NCBI GenBank assembly: GCA_010093705.1
Contig: MU006100.1
Location: 470,745-534,744, forward strand
From: Patellaria atrata CBS 101060
Lineage: Eukaryota
Length of the DNA: 64,000 nt
Direction: 5' to 3'
A model generated the notes under the pieces. That model was not told the DNA's origin, did not search any database, and saw only the letters and a program-made list of their open reading frames with translations. Of this stretch, positions 38,627-53,189 are shown piece by piece. The stretch's first letter is position 1. Every line of letters starts with the position of its first letter. Both the position numbers and the translations under genes were made by a program.

Positions 38627-41393
38627 TTACCGCGATGTCACCTGATCCGCTGGCCCCCTTTCCGTAGACTGCGTCCTATCATTGTGGTTAACCTCTTCCG
38701 TGACAGTCTCCACTTCGGTCATCTTAAGCGCTTCATCGACGTGGTTAACAAAATGGCTTTCTCCCCCGCACATTTCTACGATACCCGACGCTTCAAATAG
38801 CCTCCAGACTTGCTTTCGGGATCTAGAAACGCGGCAGAAGAAGACACGTACGCCGCGGTTACGGTACGATTCCACGATATCTGCTAGTACTTGTGCGCCG
38901 GCGCCGTCAAGTGAGGTCACACCATGAACGTCAAAGATGAGGTTCTTGTTGTGCTCTTCCCTGCGCACGCGAGGAAGAGCGGGATGTGCGGCGATGGTCC
39001 CATGCTCTTCAAGTCTCTTTAACCTGTGTCTGAGATCGCCTGTGTTGGCGAAGGTCAGTGGTTCTGGTATCTTTACGATAAGGCATCCTTCAATAAATTC
39101 CAGGCGGCCGGGATCGGCTTCAGCATTTTCGAACCGGTCCGTTCCGGGTACGCGTCCAAGAATTTGAATTCGCGGCCGAGTGCTATGACGGACAACCCGG
39201 AGTAGAGATAACCCAATCCCGACAGCAATACCGACTTTGATATCCCAAAAGACAGTTGCTAGGAAGATCACGAACATGAGAATAAGTTCGGACCAGCCAC
39301 GAATGCGCCAGAAAAACTCGATGTCGTGCGGCGCTTCTTCAACTAGAGAGTACGCAACTACCGAAATCATAGCTGACAGTACGCCTCTCTGTGAATTCGA
39401 TCAGCAGGGTCCTTTTGGACAGTTGGGAGGAAGACATTACCGGTAGGTAGTAAAAGTAAGGAAGGAGAAAGAAGACACATAATAGGGTGATTACGCTCAG
39501 AAAGACACTACTCATTGGTGTCTTACCCCCCGTGGACGCATTGACTTTGCTCCGTCCATATCCACCAAACGCGGGGAGTGCCATGAACAACCCCCCTAAC
39601 ATATTTGCCACTCCGAGAGCGACAAGTTCACGGTTTGCGCTCAGTGGAAGGGTAATAGCCTTGCCCTCGCCAGAACCAAGACTTTTCGCTGCCACCGATG
39701 ACTCGAAGAAACCTAGCAATGCTATACTAAAGGATGTGGTAAATGCGTCTGATGCGTACTTCAAGTGCGAAAGTTTGAATGGAAAGTGAACCCTAAAAAG
39801 AGAACCTCCAGCTTTGACGTTACCCAAGACCTCGATACCTTTCTTATCGAATTCGTAACGCCAAGCTAGCACAGCGGAAAGAACGACGACAATAAAGCGA
39901 TCCGGCACATAGGCGATGCTGGGATATCTTGGTTGAAGACGCTTTTTTACTTCCCTATATCTCGTGTCAGTGGTAAATAATCGGATGTTTAGGGATGGGC
40001 TAGTCTCTTACCTGAGTAGCATTATGATTCCGAAGGCACCAAACGATACAGCGCATGTCGGACCATGTGCTTGCCGCCAATGCTGAAATATAAATATCAC
40101 TTTATCCAAACAGCTCCCATGAGAAACCCCTCCTTTATGCGACGCGATTTTGGTAAGACCCATCTCAGGAAGTAATTGATCAATGAAAATAACAACCCCA
40201 ATGGCGGAAATAAAACCGCGAAGAAATGGTCTACTAAGGACGTTATCCAAAAAACCAAGGCGGAATAAACCAGAAAGAAATATGACACCTCCTGCCATGC
40301 AAGTTACGATTCCTCCTATTTCTGAGTTGATTTCTCCATTGTCGTCACTACCGCCCTTCTCAATGTTCGCTTTCACCACGGTGCCCGTCAATAGAGAGCC
40401 GGCCGCTTCGGGTCCAACAACCATTTGCGGACAAGTGCCGAGTATAGCATACACTATGGGATTGAATACGAAACTATACATCCCGTTGATTGGGGGGACA
40501 TGTCCGAGATTAGAGGCAAGCGAGAGAGACATGGGAATGTAGAATGAGGCCATGGTGATGGCAGCAATTAGATCCCCCTTCAGATAAGATAGCCTATACT
40601 GGGGGATCCAATTTGTGATCGGGATGTAATAGTTGAAATACCTAGAAAAATTGCCAAATTAGAATTTATACTGAAATATGTTTTCTTAATTGAATTTGAG
40701 TCACTAGATAGGAAGTATTCATGGCGGGACGGATCTCGAAGAAGTCAAGGGAGATTTTAACACATACATCCATCTCCTATTACGCACCCCATATCTTTTT
40801 GCTAGATACTCAGTCGTGCTTATCTTATTGTTCCGCGCACCTCCAAGAACACCGTCGGCAATCGTATCACCTAATAGCGCATGTGTAGCATCAGGACTAT
40901 CTTCGACAGCCTCGTCTATACCCCCAAAGAACCTTCCACCAAACCCACGTATTGATCTGTCTGACATGGACATAAAGCTTCCATAACTTCTCTGGGTCGA
41001 TGGCCGCGACGAGAATATACCATGATTGGAGTTCTCTTGCCCGTACTCTGGAGACTGGTCCCATTGCTTACGTAGTCTTGTCCGTATATCCGGTTGCACT
41101 GTTCGTTCTACATGCTCCTGGGTTGAATCCTCTGTCGGATTTGTGGTTGCAAAGTCTTGATATGACTCGGGAGGGCTATGCGCTGATTCCTCAAATCCAT
41201 CCATAGACCTACTTTCTGGCTGTGGCTGGGACATACTGGCTTCTGGCGAAGGGGATGGAAGATGGGTTTCGCGGAGCTGACTCGGATTCATTGGAGCATG
41301 TTGGTGGGGTCGCAAACTTGAGGCGGAAGGGTTGGAAGAATGCACGGAATTCGGCGGTGACGGAGTAGGAGGTTTCGACGGTTTCGACGACAT
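38627..41393 (-). CDS. SulP/SLC26 anion (sulfate) transporter with STAS domain
   Basis: complement join(41393..40768,40641..40012,39954..39441,39388..38627); GDLIAAITMASFYIPMSLS, VVGPEAAGS, NRELVALG, C-terminal STAS (IFDVHGVTSLDGAGAQ). Confidence 0.93.
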
Positions 41394-42744
41394 CGTGGAC
41401 CCAAATACTGAAGGGTAAATGTGAAGCTGTATTTCTCTTTGCTAACAGGGCAGTGGCTCTCATGTGCCACCCTTCCACACCTTTATCATGATTTATGCTC
41501 AAGCATCGATAAGCACACTCATTTCTCTCGAGAGGACAATTTTGACCGCGGAACTGCTCGAATATATAAGCATTAGGTAGGATTGAACGAGATTTATGTC
41601 AAAGATATTTTGCTTTTGCGAGACGGAATGTGGATCATCCAACGGTCCAAGGGGTCCGACGTATGAGCGCGTGGCTATCGTTCATGTGCCAAGCAACACC
41701 GAAGCATTTGCAAATTCGCTAAGAACTGTTGAGGGATTTGCACTTTAACGGAACCTCACAGGTGTCACAATCTCAGTCAACGTGATAGAAGGTTTCTTCA
41801 ATGTTTTATAATGGGTCCGGTGGAACCTTAAAGACTTCATGAGCTCTTGGCCCAAGCAGAAGAGTTCCATGTCCGTCTTACCAAAACTCCGAATCCTATA
41901 TTACCGGTGCAGGAAAATACAAAATCATGAAGTTCTCGTAAATTAAGTAAACAAACGTAAAATACTACGCAAGCGATCAACCTCGGAAGGAAATAGCGCC
42001 AGTATATTAGTCACGCTTTTCTCGGGTTCCCAAAATTTGTCACGGGGTTTGCTATGTTACTTTTATCATGCCCAGCTGACGAGTAACTTATGGTATGCTA
42101 GGGCGTTGCATCTGAAAGACTGAAATTCTAGCTTGGCGGTACTATTTCTCTTTTTTCTTCTTGCGCCCGCTCAAGATGACAAACACGTGGAGGGAAAAAA
42201 CTTACTTGCAAGATCAGCCCGTGTTCTTTTCATTGTTATTTTGAGGGGGAGGGGACATCGAAATATTTCCTTCGTAGGCCCATCGCATGTTGATACCTCA
42301 TTTGGGTAGGATTCTACGCAGTGAAAGCTTTGATAGGAAACCTTTAAATGAGATCTTGCGCTTTTTGTTACACATCTTCGCTACGGTGCTGACTCGTCGA
42401 CGGATCTTCTTAGATACGGGGCATAGTACAAGTACATGAACCAAATATCAGATGAAAAGCATGTCTCGTCGTCTCCGAGGGAAATTTTGGAGTGATGTAA
42501 TCCAATACCTTATTCTTGTACTGTTGGACGTGTTTGATATGTTTGCTGCATTAGCTTGGCGAAAAATCACGCTGGGACCGACTCGGACCTGGCCCGAGCG
42601 GTGAAGCATTGCTAGACAGGCCCGGATTTCGCTCACGTTCTCCCATGACCAGAAAGTCTTTCACACTCCCGATCCTAATTATCTCAACCATACCTTAACA
42701 TCAGTCAATTGCTCCGTCTATCTCCTCTCCTCATCTCTACCACA

Positions 42745-44075
42745 ATGTATGCTGCTCGTCGGATAGCAACTGGCTTTGCCCAGCGAAGAGCTTTCTCTGT
42801 TTCTGCTAAGCAGGTAGGTCCGCTCTTAGATGTATTGCTTTTGCAATAGCTTTTTGTCACCAATTGCTTGTCATAACATTTTGAAATTCTAACCCGGCCA
42901 TGATAGTCATCCAAGGTTACCGTCCTCGGCGCATCTGGTGGCATTGGCCAACCACTCTCTCTCCTTTTGAAACTCAATCCTCGAGTTAGCGAATTAGCAT
43001 TGTACGATGTACGCGGAGGTCCAGGTTAGTGAAATATCCCGAAGACGGTCAAAACGTGGCTGATATTGACTACAATAGGTGTCGCCGCCGATATTAGTCA
43101 CATCAATACGAAGAGCACAGTATGGTTCCCCAAGCGCCTGCAAACATGCCGGTTGTTAAGCTTGAGATAGGTGAAAGGTTATGACCCAACCCCATCAGGT
43201 CTGAGAGAAGCACTCACTGGCAGTGAGATCATCTTGATCCCCGCTGGTGTCCCTCGCAAACCCGGAATGACCCGTGATGGTTCGTATTCAGCCTTTCTAG
43301 ACCTACAATCTTCACACTGCTAAACCCTTGTCAGACTTGTTCAATACCAACGCCTCAATTGTGAGGGACTTGGCTAAGGCTGCGGCGGAAGCTGCTCCAG
43401 AAGCCAATCTACTGATCATTTCCAATCCTGTAAGCTTACCAATATTGTATTCTCTAGATTCAGTGCTCATTCGAATAGGTCAACTCCACCGTCCCTATCG
43501 CCGCTGAAGTCTACAAGTCCGTCGGTGTGTATAACCCCAAGCGCATGTTTGGTGTTACTACTCTTGATGTTGTCCGTGCTTCCCGTTTCATTTCCCAACT
43601 GAAGGGAACTGATCCTGCGAGCGAGAACATCACCGTCGTCGGTGGTCACTCTGGCGCCACCATTGTTCCTCTACTATCTCAATCCGGATATAACCTAGAG
43701 GGCCAACAACTTGATGACTATGTTTACCGCGTACAGTTTGGTGGTGACGAAGTTGTCAAGGCTAAAGATGGTGCTGGTTCGGCAACTCTCTCCATGGCCA
43801 TGGCTGGTGCGCGCTTCGCTGAGAGCCTGCTTAAGGCCACCCAAGGCCAGAAGGGTGTTATTGAACCAACATTCGTCGAGAGCCCACTGTACAAGGATCA
43901 AGGCGCCATTTTCTTTGCTTCCAATGTTGAACTTGGACCTAACGGTGTTGAGAAGATCTACCCGATCGGCAAGATCACTGATTATGAGCAGAAGCTTCTA
44001 GATGTTGCAGTGAAGGATTTGGCTGGTAACATCAAGAAGGGTGTTGACTTTGTGAAGGCTAATCCTCCTAAGTAA
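42745..44075 (+). CDS. MDH1: Mitochondrial malate dehydrogenase
   Basis: Presequence [67 protein letters not shown]; five short introns. Confidence 0.97.
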
Positions 44076-44387
44076 GGAGCTAAAAATGGTGGTGGAAGGA
44101 TCGAGGGAGGGAAATTCGATCTTGTACAATCACTAAGGGAGATAATCTTCAGCTTGGGAGTAGTGCGTTGGAACGGTGGGTTGCATTAACTTTCCTTTCC
44201 ATTCGCATGTAGATCTCATTGTATTTTCGGATCTTCAATTCGTGATCTTCTATCCTAAGTCGACTATTGATAATTGATACATCCCAAGCCCGATCCTTCC
44301 CCAAGAGGTAGCATTTTCTTGATACTGTAAGGTAAACTCAACCATAGACGCTGAATTTACAGATTCGGCAGGAGCAAATGCGCTACA

Positions 44388-45561
44388 TCATTCCCACATG
44401 CTCTCCCCCCCACCTCCGTCTTCGTTCTCTCTATCTTCTCGTCTCACATTCAAAACGCTTCGCGCCTCCGCAGTTGCCTTATGGAATTCCTTACGCGCCT
44501 CATCTGGCACGCCCTTGATTTCACCGGTTTTGGGCAACGTATCAGTCAGCGCCTCCGCGACACCACTGGGCTGCTGAACCTCTTTCTTGAGCTCTTCAGT
44601 CTCCTTGTTTTCAGCTAATCTCCGTCTATTCTTCCCCGTTCTCCCGAACACAGTGTACAGCAACTCCGTGATCCTGTGTTCTTTGAAATGAAATTCTTGA
44701 ATTACGTCGTTGAGCTTGTCGTGCATTGATGTCTCAAGGTCAAACAGCTGAGCGTCTCTCATGCCTACCAGCTGTCGGAGCTCTTTGATCTCGCCGAGAA
44801 GTGTGTTTTCGCATTGTTGCTCCTTCAGCACTCTAATCTCCAGGTCCTTCTTCCTGATTTCCACTCGCTTTTCTTCTTTCACTCGTTCGATCTTTCGTTC
44901 CAACTTCGCCTTTTCATGATCGAATTTGGTCTCTTTGTCGACATTTTTCTCAACCCAGGGTAGTAAATCGGCAAGGCTCTTCCGCAGGCGGATAATTTCC
45001 ACGTCTTTTACTTGCAGCTGTATGATAGCTGTATCGTCGGAATCAGCCAGTTCCGTGAGTTTTGCAAAATTCTTCTCGAACTGCTTTCGATGTCGCCCGA
45101 CTAGTTGATCGATCTCTGCCTTCAAATTTGTGATTTCCGCATCATTTAGTTGCAGCCGGGGCGATATGTGTATTGGTCGACATAGCCAGGTCTTGGGTTT
45201 GAACATCATTCGTCTCAACCTCATTTTGATTTCCTTCGCCGCGTGGTTGCATCTCTCCCTTCAAAGCCTCGATTTCAACGTCCTTTCCTTTGGCATACTG
45301 TACAAACTCCGCCCTCTTGCGATCAAGTTGCCCACAGAGTTCGTTATAGGTGTTGCGTACGCGTGCTAGTTCGGACTGCGCATTAGATAGCTCTTGCGCC
45401 TGGTTGTTAACTTGGGCGTACGCTTGGATCTGGGCGTGGCTTTTACCGTCCAAGGGAGAGTGATTGATTGAGAAATGGGAAGCGGTGACAGTAGCGTCAA
45501 TGGAGAGGCAGTGTTGAGGGTTGCGAGTTTTGGGACTATTTAGGTTCGAAGGTAAATTCAT
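44388..45561 (-). CDS. Coiled-coil protein with one apparent frameshift (pseudogene or assembly error)
   Basis: Two overlapping ORFs share the repeated motif KD(V/A/L)EI..L(K/R); deleting one C of CCCC near 45158-45161 joins them (THIARLQLNDAEI). Confidence 0.5.
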
Positions 45562-46381
45562 GGTTGGTTTTGTTTTGGGACGGTTTTGATTGTGGTGAGG
45601 GTGCCTCAGAAACCGCCTTCTGAGGACGTTGTGGGTTGGGATCTGGTGTCATCTTGGCCAAGGGAGAATGCTTGTTGACAGTCCCGTTTCGCGTTTGTTT
45701 TGCTGCGTTCTGTTCTTTAATGTTGCGGAGGTGGTTTGATGTTTTTCTTACACCGACGCCCGCGTTACTTACGGATCGATAATGACGTAAGCTGAGGGTT
45801 GAAGTGGTCTACGAACTAAGGGAAGGAAAGCAAGACCGAATTACCCTCCTTTAGGTCGTTATTTGGCTCAAGGGTTAGTTGGGTATTTTGGGTTGAAGTA
45901 TGTGGAAATGCGGATGATGGCTTTGATGGCCTTGTGGACTCGTGTTGCGGGTTAATGCGGGATATAAGTGAGTGTTTATTGTTTTTTTTTCCTTTGACTT
46001 ATGAAGGCGCGTGGATATGTGATACTTATCGCTGTCTCATTAGGTACTGCGCCTGGGGCTGCCAAGATTCGTTGCTCATCCTACGAGATTTTATTGCCCG
46101 TCTCTCCCTCCACTATTACACCAAGGGACTGCTCTCATGTGTATTGCTCTGTTGCGTAGGGGGTCTTCGCTTGGAGTCTATGTTACAAACCGTAGTTCTC
46201 CGCTTTTTCTCCTGTTCAACTGGTTCGCGCATCCCGGAAAAGATGGGAGTAAATAGAGTTACTGGGTAAAGGATGAGCTATCCAGACCCAAAAATTAAGT
46301 TACAAGAGCGGTTTACCTACCAGTAATAGTACATATCATTAATACATCGCATTATCGTCATATCTATTCCGACCATTACTA

Positions 46382-47334
46382 TCACGTCTTCCGTTCTTCT
46401 GTTTTCTCTTCCACAGGTCTTGCAGTCGCCTTTTCTATATGTGCTTTCTCATCCTCGAGCTCCTCTTTTGCTTTTATACTGGCTTCGACCTGGTTCACCG
46501 CCCTTTCTATCTCTACCCTCATTTCGGGGAGGTTGAATCTCTCCGCAATTAACTTTCCGTTCCAAGCTTTCAAGAGCATCACATCTTCAGTACCATCCTT
46601 AGTCTGCGCTGTGACTAAATCTGCTACTTTTCTCGCCTCTTCTAAGGTTGGGTTGGGTTCGTTGCGAGATTTCTCGCGTGTAGGATGCATTAGTCCGGCA
46701 GCGTATAGCTCGTCTAAAACCGTTGAGGGTGTACTCTTGAACAATGAGCTGTTCACGAGATACTCCAAATGGCGAGACCCAGAAAGAGCTTTCCAGTGAG
46801 AATACGCTCGGAATACTAGATAGAAGAAGGGAAGATTAGGTACTCTGCTGCAGTGTTAGCAAATTGGAGCTTCCATACCCGATCGAGGCTTTCATACATT
46901 GGAACCAGCGCAAATGGCGCACTTATGGGCATTCCAACAATACTCCATATCAATCGTTTCCTATGCAATGATTGTCTCTCCTGTGCCAATTGCCTTAAAA
47001 TCTCCGGTACCTTAGCTTCGTTAAGGAATAGCCCAGGAAATAGCACCTCCGCATTCTCCTTTCCTTCCTTAAGAGCTATCTTCCGCCTTTCACTGAGCGC
47101 TGGAATCGATTTCAAACCCCATTCCTCGTACGGGATGCGCTTAAATATCGATTCTCCTTTTCTCGTCACCCATCGCTTCCAACCACCCTCCTCCTTTTCC
47201 CACCTCGCCCATGTCTCGCTTGATTTGTTTATAACCCTGTCGACGATTGACAATTTAGCATCAGGCCTTTGTGGGATACGTTCACTGTAAATGAGGGCCC
47301 GACGCGTCGAGATGGGAAGGAGAAAGAGGCGCAT
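46382..47334 (-). CDS. Mitochondrial K+/H+ exchange-related protein (Mit_KHE1 / YDL183C-like)
   Basis: MRLFLLPISTRRALIY, RIPYEEWGLKS, PFALVP[intron]PNLPFFYLVFRAYSHWKALSGS; one intron near 46845-46897. Confidence 0.8.
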
Positions 47335-47913
47335 TGTTCGGAGTTGACGGGGGTGAGGTCGCGCTGGTGGTAAGGATAGGCTAGGCGATTGAGGAGGGAT
47401 TTGGCTGCATTATGGTCAATAATACAATGTATGGGAATACAGACCGTTTAAGGACTCATGATAGCTTTAAAATGACTGTTGTGGTCAGGATAGAAATTTG
47501 GGTGTCGAGTCAAGGTTCTGTTGCTAACGTCATGCGGTACCTACCAAGTTCCAACACCTGAAACTCTTACTCAGCCACACTTTCTGCCACAGCAGGTTCC
47601 TGATCGACGAACTCGCAATCTAAACAACCATCAAGCTTCGAAACAATCCCCTTCAACCTGAACATTCACCGTGCTTGTTTTAGCCTTGCCGCAGACCATC
47701 CCACGATCTCTTTTGTACGGCTACACTACTCTATCTGATCATGCGCGCAGCAGTCGGTGTCCCTCAGCATTACGCTTGCTCGTAGACCGCACCCGTGGTT
47801 CCCGCCGTGGAGCTACCTAACCCCCAACCTACAAAAGGTGCCGTATGCCGCTCTTCCCGCCAGTAAATCAGGAATCACTGACTGATTGATTGTGAAGGCC
47901 AGCACGCTCAATT

Positions 47914-49422
47914 ATGAGTACGGCTTCGAGAGGCGACGCGGGAAATCACAATGGCTCCCAATTACGCGCTGCTGGATTGCTTCATCCAAGGTCTGGGTCT
48001 GGCCAAGAAATGACCGAATTCACGTCCTTGAGACCCACTTCTGGAGCATCACACGCTTCGTCCAATACACCGTTGAGTGAGAGGAGTTCTGGGAAACAAC
48101 CCGCTACGAGAGGTTTACACTCAAATTCCGTGTCGTCGAATGCCGCCAGCAGCTCACGGGGAAGCGCCGCAGCTGAAGGCCGGGAAAAGAATAGAACTGT
48201 GCGGACCTTACCACGTATGTGAACTTCCATATTTGCTACTTTACCTCAGCATGGCATTGGGAAATTGTTAGAGGCTAACGGGCGCTGTACAGCATGGGTG
48301 CAATCAGTAGAAGAAGACGATGACGATCTAGAAGCAGCGCGCCGTCTACCTCCGCGAACCCCTCCTTCTGCCCGGCCGGCTTACCATCCTTATATACCGA
48401 CCCCGAAACCAAATGCGGACCGAGGCCGTGTATTTGATCATGTAAGGGAAGGGACGCCAGTAACGATTACCACTCCTGTCAGTGAGACAGCATCCAAATG
48501 GCAGGCTTTTGCCAAGTCCTCGGGGTACGTACGCCCAGAATCACAAAGAGAGATCTTGGTAGATGAGGACTGGATGAAGGAGAATATGGCCGATTTAGAT
48601 GCACCTTGGAGACCGGAGACTGGGATAAATGAAAAACAGAGAATTCCCGGGTATTGGCTTTTCGTCCCTCAAAAACGGAAGCTGAAGCTGAAAAAGTTGC
48701 ACGTGAGTACACCAATTTTGCGAGTTTTGCCCTTATCTAGAAGAAAAAGAGGAACTATGGGACTGTATACTGTTCCTATTATTCGTCGACCACCTTCATT
48801 CGTCTTCACTGTTCTAACCATACTGACCCCTCCTAGCGAAACCTTATGCACAACCCAATGGTCCCTCTAATAGTCCGTCTCATCGTGCTCACGTTCTCCA
48901 CCCTCGCTCTCGCCCTCGCCGGCTCCATATTCCAAAAAGCCAATCGCTCCGGCTGCACTCGCGGTCCCTCAACCTACATGGCCATAATCATCGACGTCAT
49001 CGCCATCGTCTACACCTGCTACATCACCTACGACGAATACACATCCAAACCGTTAGGCCTTCGCTCCCCTCGCGCTAAAATGCGACTCATCTTCCTCGAT
49101 CTCATCTTTATCGTCTTCGACTCCGCCAATTTGAGCTTGGCGTTTGATAGTCTGACGGATGAGAGGTGGGCGTGTAGAGAGGGCATCTTTGCTGACAACC
49201 AGGGGCAGGAAGGGATAAGTTCACTCTCGACTTGTACTCTGAACCATGAGATTTGCGTGAGGCAGCAGGCGTTGACAGCTACACTTTTGATCGCGCTGGT
49301 GGCGTGGTTGGTAACGTTCGCTGTTAGTACGTTGAGGTATGTGCATCCAATCCGAGCGTTTTCTTCAACTTTAGGATGTAGCACTGATATGATGCAGACT
49401 TATCGAACGAGTGGTAAAGTGA
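47914..49422 (+). CDS. SRF1-like regulator of phospholipase D (4-TM C-terminus)
   Basis: join(47914..48214,48292..48702,48837..49336,49398..49422); NPMVPLIVR, YDEYTSKPLGLRSPRAKMRLIFLDLIFIVFDSANLSLAF, ends RLIERVVK*. Confidence 0.8.
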
Positions 49423-52148
49423 TCCCCAACCTCTTCGTGACTTTTTTATACCGGTTTTGTCCCAGTCATGTACCATTACCTAAACATTCATTATAATCAG
49501 ATCTCCTTACCACGTACGTTATTACCAATGAAGAATGTCAGAATGAGAGCAAAAGTGTCGAAAAGAACGCTGGGTAATTCGTAATACTCCTGTACCCCTC
49601 ACTACTACTACGACGGCGATGTTTTATAGTCAGCTGAGCCTGTCTGTCCCTATCGAAGACTATACCTCGCTTTTTAGATATCTCGTTTGTTAGATCATGA
49701 GATACGGATTAGCACGGCGTTGCGAGATCTGAATGCGGCGTATGGTTCGGGTGTCCATTATGCGAGCGCCGTAGCGCGCGGCCTTTTCACATGTTTTATT
49801 CGTCACTTCACGGCTGGCTTTATTTTCCTTTTGCTAGTCCCTCGCATCGATTAGGTTTTAGTGTATTAGTACAGCGGGGTTAAGGAGTAGTGGTGAAGAC
49901 GAGTATAGTGTTGGGAACTGAAGTCTGATAAGGTAGTAATAGCTATGAATGGACCGTGTACATAGGTGTGCTCGGTAATTATCGTGATGTGTGAAGAACC
50001 TCAGAGCTCGGGTGGTTTGGTCTTGCTGATCAGAGTCCCGGTGATGGGCCTGTCTATCGGTCTCGTGAACGGTGTCATTGTGAGTGTTCGTTCGACTTCT
50101 TGTGGACTTAGGTATTGTATAACGCGGAACAGGCTGGGTTTGATGTCTGTAGATGTGGGAGTACTGTATAATAGTTCTTACTGGATGGCCCCTCCATCTC
50201 CTACTCAGCCAACACTTCCCCGGTTCCTACACCACCGCACCCAAGCCGATGACAGCGTGAAATTCGATAGGGTAGGGTAGGGCTATGGTGTACAGATGCG
50301 ATGCACGCACATGAAATATCACCGATAAATGGTAATTAGGGGCTTTGGCACGAGTGAGGAGGCGAAGCAGGTGTACGAATACCATCCCGAGAGAGGACGA
50401 GTAGAATACCGCAGGGATTTGCCGGCTTCCGAGGGTAGGTCCCGCGATATTATCATCGAATGGGGGGGTTGGGGAGACTGCACATGAGAGAGAACGGGAG
50501 GAGGTGTACGGGAACGGTCCGGAGCTTGGTATCCCACTACTAGTAGAAGGAGTGGTGTTCGGTTGTTGTACGGGCTCGCTTATCCCGAAGGGCGGTATGG
50601 AGAGTCGATATTGCCGACGAGCGGCGGTTGGGATATTCCGTACCCGTGGGGATGTCGGGTGAAGTGTACGGGTTCGCTTCGTACAGAGCGAGGCTCGTCG
50701 GTTTCATGAAGGGAGGTTTGCGTGGGTTGGAGGGGTAGTTGTTCACGATGAGCTGTATGGTGGTAGGATTTTTCTGGGGAATGGTGGGTCTCTAATTTAA
50801 GTGGTTGGAGTCTTTTGCTACAAATCATGATATGAGTCGGTATCCCTTTTGGAGCCACAGCAACCTACGCGGCCTGCTCTCTCCCACCAACTCCTTGGTA
50901 CTAAACCAGCGGGGAACCTCCACGGTATCAACGGTTGCTGTTTCGGCGCTGAATTTCAAACCTGCAAATGGCTCTCTTCGAGGGGGATCTTTGTAGTCTG
51001 TTAATCTACCGGAGTACAGTACCAGCGGCGTCGGCTTTGACCCGTGATTGATCTAGGGCCGTCCATCTACGGACTGACTAAAGGTCTTCAACGAGTTTAC
51101 GGGCAGCTGCGATTTTCTTGGTTCGGGGATATTGAAGACGAAATATTTCGACGCTTGAGCTGAAATACGGCACCCGTCGATCGCCGGGTGTTTCAGATGG
51201 TGTTCATGCGCTTGCGATATCTTGGGGAGCTGGATATGGTTCTGGTGACTCTTTCTTCGACGCGGGTTAGGATATTGAAGCCTTTAGCGAGGTATATCTG
51301 ATTCGTAATGTCAACTAGACATATATCTCGTGCAGTGTTTGCTGGTAACTTCACCGGTAATCCATAAATGCTGAATCTATTATACTAATAAATTGCCACT
51401 CACTACCCAAAAATAGATAACTCTTATAAGACCAGATGGACCGAGTTATTCCACAGCGAACAGTCCGTACATTGTAAACCCCTTCGTCGTCAAGGTTAGG
51501 GGCTCAGTCATTCCACAGCTCGTTATATATGGGTTCGTTTCACGGTCGAGCGATACGGCTGCTCAACGCCAGTTCGTGGCTCTCGTACAGACGGTTTAGT
51601 GAGGTGGGATATATGCGTATAGTTCGTACAATATCCGTCCTGCCGCGGTTGAAGTTGGTGATATGGTTGCCGCATGGCCGATCGAATATGGATCCCTTCT
51701 ATGCTGAATAGATACTACAATGCGAGTAAAAATTTAGGAATTCGGTACGCGTAGGGGAGCGAGTAGACAGTACGAGTACTGTCCGTACATCTTAAGACAA
51801 GCCGCCTCTTGACTACGAATTCGTGGCGCTATACATGCATTCGAGATAGACAAGGAATGAGGAAGAGAAGATACCGCTACTCAGGGAGAGTTAGAGGGCT
51901 GTAGGTAGCCAAATTGAGTTTGGGGGGGTTATCCCAGTTTGTTATACCCCAGCGTTCTTGAACAGAGTAGAAGTGGGAATTCCAGTTGCTGTACGATCCC
52001 GCGGGTGGAAATACGACATAAGATCGAACAACGCGTAAAGTTCAAGCAACTGTATAACAAGGCATTCATACACTCAGCAGCTCCCTCATCAAATCCAAAT
52101 TTGCCGAACCTCTTCCTCATATAGTACAGTGACACGCATCTCCCGCTC

Positions 52149-52850
52149 TTACCACAAATTCCCTCCTCGGTCCTCACTCTCCGCCAACCCCTCAGCTTTC
52201 AAGGTCTCCCTTGACCCACTCTCCTCACTCTCTTCACTGCCTCTCCTCCTACTCATCTCAAAATAACCCTCACTCCCCTCCCCATTCCCACTTCCATTCC
52301 CACCCGCATTCGGCGTTCTCGCCCTACTGGCCACCGGACTCATCCTCATGGTCTCGGGCGGCCAGCTCAGTCTCTGGCTTCCACCCGTCAAGCTTCTCGT
52401 ATGCCGTCGCTCAGCAGGGAGCTCCAGCCGCGCGTTCATTCCCATCCACAACGCTTCTTCTTCGGATGAAGAGGAGGTGATGCGCCATCCGCCCACACCT
52501 TCGAAGTCGCGGTTTGTGTTGTTGGGGAGGAGGGTGCTGAGACTGGAGGTCGAGACGACGGAGCTAGGGCGTCGCTTGTGGGATGTGTTTGGGGGCGAAG
52601 AGGTCGCAGTAGGGGTGTGTGAGCGAGAGCGCGAGCTTTTGAAGGGTTTTTGGTTAGGGGGTTTGGAGTGGGGTTTGGATACGCAGACCCAGGAGTGGAG
52701 GAGTGCGATTCCAAGTTCGAAGTAGACGATTGAGACGCGGATGAAAAGGGTTGTGAAAGCGAGGGTGGTGGTGAGGGTAGCAAAGAGGGCGAGTGGGATC
52801 GAGATGAGGAGAAGAAGGGGTGGATTGAGGATGGTTAGGAGAGAGGGCAT
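52149..52850 (-). CDS. Fungal hypothetical protein with N-terminal TM segments
   Basis: Hydrophobic N-terminus PLLLLISIPLALFATLTTTLAF, motif RDFEGVGGWR..EEALWMGMNARLELP, Ser/Arg-rich tail. Confidence 0.7.
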   Translation of the reverse strand: MPSLLTILNPPLLLLISIPLALFATLTTTLAFTTLFIRVSIVYFELGIALLHSWVCVSKPHSKPPNQKPFKSSRSRSHTPTATSSPPNTSHKRRPSSVVSTSSLSTLLPNNTNRDFEGVGGWRITSSSSEEEALWMGMNARLELPAERRHTRSLTGGSQRLSWPPETMRMSPVASRARTPNAGGNGSGNGEGSEGYFEMSRRRGSEESEESGSRETLKAEGLAESEDRGGNLW

Positions 52851-53189
52851 GGTCACTCGGTCAGCGTGTGTGGTATGAAGGTAGTGGAGGTGGAGATGCA
52901 AGGCATATGGTGGTGTGGGAGATTGGAGGTGTGAAAGGGGGGTTTAGAGGAGGGGTCATTTTCAACGTGTGACTCTGAGTGAAAATAAAGTTGGAGATTT
53001 CGAGTCATGGGAGGTGGAGGCACAAAGAACACCGTTCGCATGTGAAAGTTGACGTCGAGATTAGAACTAGACGCGAGCGGAGTTAAGCGCGGTTGAGCGG
53101 ATATTAGCCGCGGACGAAATTAACTCATAGATCGCGGAGATATCATTCATAAACAAGTCTTCAACTTTTCCCATCGACTGTATCATACA

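Noticed and set aside
50300..51250. Possible decayed minus-strand gene
   Set aside because: Protein-like fragments lie in different frames with no recognisable motif; not supportable without a search.
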